Source: a virus (taxonomy: Duplodnaviria; Caudoviricetes). Taken from it: DNA of 57,749 nt. Each line of letters begins with the position of its first letter. The stretch's first letter is position 1. Shown here piece after piece: positions 54,119 through 57,749 of the stretch. The notes under the pieces are model-generated. The model was not told where the DNA came from. It ran no database searches and was given only the letters and a program-made list of their open reading frames with translations. The stretch is taken from IMG/VR virus record IMGVR_UViG_3300030037_000004, positions 1 through 57,749 of that record; one strand, written 5' to 3'. The translations under genes were made by a program, and so were the position numbers.

Positions 54119-55845
54119 TCCTTATGACCAGACTGTAGATCAATAAAACAGGCTTTAGCTACCTCTTCCACTTCTTCCTCAGGCTCGTCTTTCTCGACAA
54201 GTATGCCGTAGCGCTTGCCATCTTTGTTAAAGGTAGTACATCCTTTACAGCCCATCTTCCAGGCTTGCATATAGATGTCTTTAAAGTCTACCCAGGGTAG
54301 CGAGCCATCGACATTAATTGTCTTTGAACACGCTGAGTCGACATATTGCGTCGCAAGTGCCAGGACTGCAAGGTGCTCAGATGGTGTGCATTCGCCCGCT
54401 GTTTTACCTTTAACACCCCAAGTTCGGAATGCGTAGTCTTCAACCTTCTCAATACGAGCCACATCAGCCATAAACACAGTGCGTTCGAACCCATGACTAA
54501 AGCAAGGTTCAATCCCTCCGCTAATGTTATCTGCACTAAGGCTGATTGTACCCGTCGGAGCCATGGATAGAAGATGCGAATTACGCAAACCATACTCGCT
54601 AATTCCAGCACGTATAGTAGCAGGTAAAGTCTGTATAAACTTTCCCTTAACAAGAAGATCTTTCGCTTCCTGGCTTGCAAAGATTGGAGCACATCCTTTC
54701 TCCTTTGCCAGAGCAACTGATGCTTTGTAGGTTTCATCCCGATACACTCTAAAGATTTGCTCAGTGGTTTCCATGAACCGTTCAGATCCATAAGGAAAGC
54801 CAAGCGCCTCAACGGCATTAGCCAAGCCAGTAACACCTAGCCCCATTCTACGCTTAAGCGCTGACTCAGCAGCCTGCTCAGGTAAAGGGAAGATAGACCT
54901 ATCATGGATGTTATCCATCATACGAGTTACTTGTGGTATGTCTAACATGAACTGGGCAAAGTCAAAGCTACGCGTACCCTCATCATCAAAGATGACGTAC
55001 TTAGTCAGGTTATAACTACCCAGGAGACAAGCACCATATGGAGGTAGCGGCTGTTCACCACAAGGGTTAGTAGCTGCAATAGTTTCACACCAGTACAGGT
55101 TGTTCATCTCATTAATACGATCAATGTACAGGACACCAGGCTCAGCCCAATCCCAAGTACCACGCATGATCGTTTCCCACAAAGGACGTGCCTTGATGGT
55201 TTCGTACACAACACCTTCGAACACTAGATCAAACGATTCATCAGCTTCCACAGCTTCCATGAATTTGTCAGTTACTCCAACGCTAATGTTAAAGGCTGTC
55301 AGCTCAGTCTCATTGTTCTTGGCTGTGATGAACTTCATAATGTCAGGATGGTCTATACGCAGCACACCCATTTGGGCTCCACGTCGATGTCCAGCACTAG
55401 ATACAGTGCGACATATAGCATTATAGATGTCCATGAATGACACAGGCCCAGAAGCTTGAGAGCCTAAGGACTTGATCAAGGAACCACTAGGACGTAACAA
55501 GCTAAAGTCATAGCCGATGCCACCACCCTTACGCATTGTATGTCCAGCTTCACGAGCACGTTGCATGATCGTATCGAAGTCGTCCTCTACCAATCCAGAA
55601 ACGAAACAGTTAAAGGCCGTAACTTGCTTGGGGCTTCCAACTGCAAGCTGGGTTCTACCTCCGCCCATGAATCGTTGGTTAAGCAGGATGTCCTTGGTCG
55701 CTGCCCAGTGATGAACATTGTCAGCCAGCTCGTTAGCAAAACGATATTGCGCACCAACAAAGTCCTCTCCTTCAGACCGGTACTTGGCCTGGTGTAGTTC
55801 TTGTGAAAACGGCATCTGTGGGCCGTACTTTACTTCCCCTTGCAT
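54109..55845 (-). CDS. nrdJ: Ribonucleotide reductase, class II (adenosylcobalamin-dependent)
   Basis: FNCFV, RRGAQM, TNPCGEQPL, APTGTIS, C-terminal Cys pair; no small-subunit gene in the genome. Confidence 0.9.
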   Translation of the reverse strand: MQGEVKYGPQMPFSQELHQAKYRSEGEDFVGAQYRFANELADNVHHWAATKDILLNQRFMGGGRTQLAVGSPKQVTAFNCFVSGLVEDDFDTIMQRAREAGHTMRKGGGIGYDFSLLRPSGSLIKSLGSQASGPVSFMDIYNAICRTVSSAGHRRGAQMGVLRIDHPDIMKFITAKNNETELTAFNISVGVTDKFMEAVEADESFDLVFEGVVYETIKARPLWETIMRGTWDWAEPGVLYIDRINEMNNLYWCETIAATNPCGEQPLPPYGACLLGSYNLTKYVIFDDEGTRSFDFAQFMLDIPQVTRMMDNIHDRSIFPLPEQAAESALKRRMGLGVTGLANAVEALGFPYGSERFMETTEQIFRVYRDETYKASVALAKEKGCAPIFASQEAKDLLVKGKFIQTLPATIRAGISEYGLRNSHLLSMAPTGTISLSADNISGGIEPCFSHGFERTVFMADVARIEKVEDYAFRTWGVKGKTAGECTPSEHLAVLALATQYVDSACSKTINVDGSLPWVDFKDIYMQAWKMGCKGCTTFNKDGKRYGILVEKDEPEEEVEEVAKACFIDLQSGHKECS

Positions 55846-56276
55846 TTATTACACTCGCATTGTATATCTGATTTAATGAAGGCAGCTATATCATCTTCCG
55901 TGTATCCATACAGCCTACCTAGTTCGCGGTGATACTCCTTAAGGCCAAGCTCTGCAATGCCACACTCAAGCAACCAATCATAGAGCTTGAGTAGGTGGAT
56001 ATTACCAGGCTTGACAAAGGCAACTTCTGCTGCCCCATCTTCGGTATTGGTAAACTTACATAGGAGCATACCAGTTGCGGATAAAGAAACGGCGACGGCG
56101 TAACCTATAGGGTCTTTAGCTTTCTCAATCGTGCCTAAAGGCTTGGAGCCAGACATAACTAGTCTGTGCTCGCTTGCTTCATGAGGTGCTATTTTACCAT
56201 AGTGATCGCCATCATTGCCGTTCTGAGCAATAGCTTGCCTGCGCCTACTATCACTCTCTTGTACAGGCCAGAGCAT
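55830..56276 (-). CDS. Hypothetical protein (148 aa)
   Basis: QNGNDGDHY, IAPHE...KPL and GRLYGYTEDDI patterns seen in phage hypotheticals. Confidence 0.75.
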   Translation of the reverse strand: MLWPVQESDSRRRQAIAQNGNDGDHYGKIAPHEASEHRLVMSGSKPLGTIEKAKDPIGYAVAVSLSATGMLLCKFTNTEDGAAEVAFVKPGNIHLLKLYDWLLECGIAELGLKEYHRELGRLYGYTEDDIAAFIKSDIQCECNKCKGK

Positions 56277-57208
56277 TACTTGGCCTCCGGCTGGGTACGC
56301 TGGAATTCGGCTATGTCACAAGCGGAGTCCTTCAGCATACCTTCTACCAAGCCAGTTTTGCTACGGTTGTCGATGATGTTGCCATTCAGCTCTGCATCAA
56401 GCAGGATAGAGCAGCAAGCCATGATGTGTGCAAGGTGGTACTGGCGGGACTCAGGATCAAGATCTACACCATCTTCCATAAGCATACGGTGACGGTTGAT
56501 AGCGCCAATGTATGTTCGGTAGTCCACATTTGTGTCACGGTAGTTCATATAGCCGTACTTCCAAGCACCGCCGGCCATTACGTTCTGCATGGATATGATA
56601 GCCAGGTTACTAGCCGAGTCCATGGGAGCTTTGGCAGCACCATACTTGAGTTTAGGATTGTTTACGGTAGGTTCAGGCAAGGTAGCTATTTCGTTACCTT
56701 CATCGAACTGGCTAAACAAATCTTCAGCCTGCTCTTTAGACACCTTAATAACCGATGGAATATTGGGCAATTCAGCCGAGCGACGGTGACCACCTTCCAT
56801 ATACTTGCTAAGTGCAACTATGTCTTCTTCAGCCATGCCAGTCGCATCAATGATACCGCCTAACTTAGCCCGAGCCACAGCTTCAGATAAGGTTAGTACC
56901 TTAACATCTTCAGGCTTGGCGCTGTCTAGATCCGAGGCAGTAACACGGTCGTCAGGTGGTGTATTTACAAAAGCAACTACATCCTCTTCTATAGCCTTTT
57001 CCAGTATGGCATTGTTATCATGCACCTTCTTGGTGTACTTCTTACGCCAGCCATAGTGGTTAGACTCCCGCAAGGTGCCAGTGTCATCATAGAACTTACC
57101 ATCAACACGGATGGAATAGTCATTACCCAAAGTCACACCCAACATAGCACCATGGGATAGTGACGCTACAGTTTTCATTACGTACAGGCCAGCTTCTCTG
57201 TGGGCCAT
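56276..57208 (-). CDS. Protein with C-terminal dATP/dGTP diphosphohydrolase-like (DUF5664) domain
   Basis: NPK..YG..K, GAWKYG..NYR, RH...DLDPES...HLAH..AC..IL.DA; start set at MAHREA after AGGAG. Confidence 0.8.
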   Translation of the reverse strand: MAHREAGLYVMKTVASLSHGAMLGVTLGNDYSIRVDGKFYDDTGTLRESNHYGWRKKYTKKVHDNNAILEKAIEEDVVAFVNTPPDDRVTASDLDSAKPEDVKVLTLSEAVARAKLGGIIDATGMAEEDIVALSKYMEGGHRRSAELPNIPSVIKVSKEQAEDLFSQFDEGNEIATLPEPTVNNPKLKYGAAKAPMDSASNLAIISMQNVMAGGAWKYGYMNYRDTNVDYRTYIGAINRHRMLMEDGVDLDPESRQYHLAHIMACCSILLDAELNGNIIDNRSKTGLVEGMLKDSACDIAEFQRTQPEAK

Positions 57209-57219
57209 GTTGTTTCTCC

Positions 57220-57749
57220 TTAGTGAATGTCTGCGTATGTAAAGCCATAATCGACTGAACAACCCAGGTCACGGTTAAGTTGTAGCTCATCGTTGACAGA
57301 CTGGATAGCCTCTTTCAAGACTTTCTCGAATGCTTCACGATTGCCAAGTGGTAGCTCTATGATAACTTCATCATGGAACTGTCCGGTTATAAAACGTCGT
57401 CTTTCAAGAATATACCACACCCAACGATCGAATGCGTATGTGCCAGTCCCCTGATTGAGGGTGCTGAATCTATCCTTGTCAGTCTTGAGGAAGTACCACA
57501 GTTTTGCCACAGGGTTCCATAGCCACTTCTTGCCGTTGCATTGCTTAACCTTACAGTTTTCGGCAATAGCTTTGAGTGACCAGTTCCTGTCCCAGTAGGC
57601 TCGGTGTAGTGCTTCGGCAACCTTGATAGGAACCTTAGCAGCCCTAGATATAGTTTCTGGGCCTGCACCGTATGTGGCTGAGTAGTTCGTTGACTTACCA
57701 CCATGTCGTATTTGATCCACACGTTTGAACTCTTCCCACTGAGTAGGGG
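57220..57749 (-). CDS. Family A DNA polymerase, C-terminal part
   Basis: Motif B RHGGKSTNYSATYG, NQGTG, motif C FHDE, terminal YADIH. Confidence 0.95.
   Translation of the reverse strand, partial: PTQWEEFKRVDQIRHGGKSTNYSATYGAGPETISRAAKVPIKVAEALHRAYWDRNWSLKAIAENCKVKQCNGKKWLWNPVAKLWYFLKTDKDRFSTLNQGTGTYAFDRWVWYILERRRFITGQFHDEVIIELPLGNREAFEKVLKEAIQSVNDELQLNRDLGCSVDYGFTYADIH
57623..57749. repeat. 127 bp terminal overlap identical to 1-127
   Basis: Exact match. Confidence 0.97.

Noticed and set aside
81-57056. The many plus-strand ORFs in the track (e.g. 23369-24163, 25213-25827)
   Set aside because: Nearly all lie antisense to well-supported minus-strand genes, and none shows a recognisable motif
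56276-57208. Z-genome (2-aminoadenine) pathway
   Set aside because: No PurZ/adenylosuccinate synthetase-like gene recognised anywhere in the genome

Overview
This window is a complete, circularly assembled genome of a lytic contractile-tailed phage. It has about 57,622 unique bp; the last 127 bp repeat the first 127 bp and the join falls inside the DNA polymerase gene. Essentially all credible genes are on the minus strand. Read in that direction, the order is: RNA polymerase 1 (17782-15620), a 1 kb repeat-rich non-coding block, small early genes, a lysis cassette, T7-like primase/helicase and family A DNA polymerase, nucleotide metabolism genes (class II RNR, dUTPase), SSB, exonuclease, endonuclease VII, ligase, RNA polymerase 2 (49170-47311), terminases, a 7.6 kb Ig/lectin cassette, head, contractile tail, baseplate and tail fibre. 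A myovirus of this size with a T7-type RNA polymerase resembles Chaseviridae (inference; no search was run). I saw no integrase, tRNA, reverse transcriptase or CRISPR array. The main candidate system is a two-polymerase transcription cascade. It has two divergent, short single-subunit RNA polymerases, an exact 25 bp element downstream of each gene in opposite orientations, a recurring intergenic motif TATAGGTRGAGTCT, and helically phased (~10.5 bp) repeat arrays on both sides of the first polymerase gene. Other oddities are a tape-measure-position protein with an embedded lambda-exonuclease/YqaJ domain, a perfect 26 nt cis-antisense copy of one early gene's ribosome-binding site, and a nucleotidyltransferase interrupted by an in-frame TAG. 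All family names come from motif recognition by eye.
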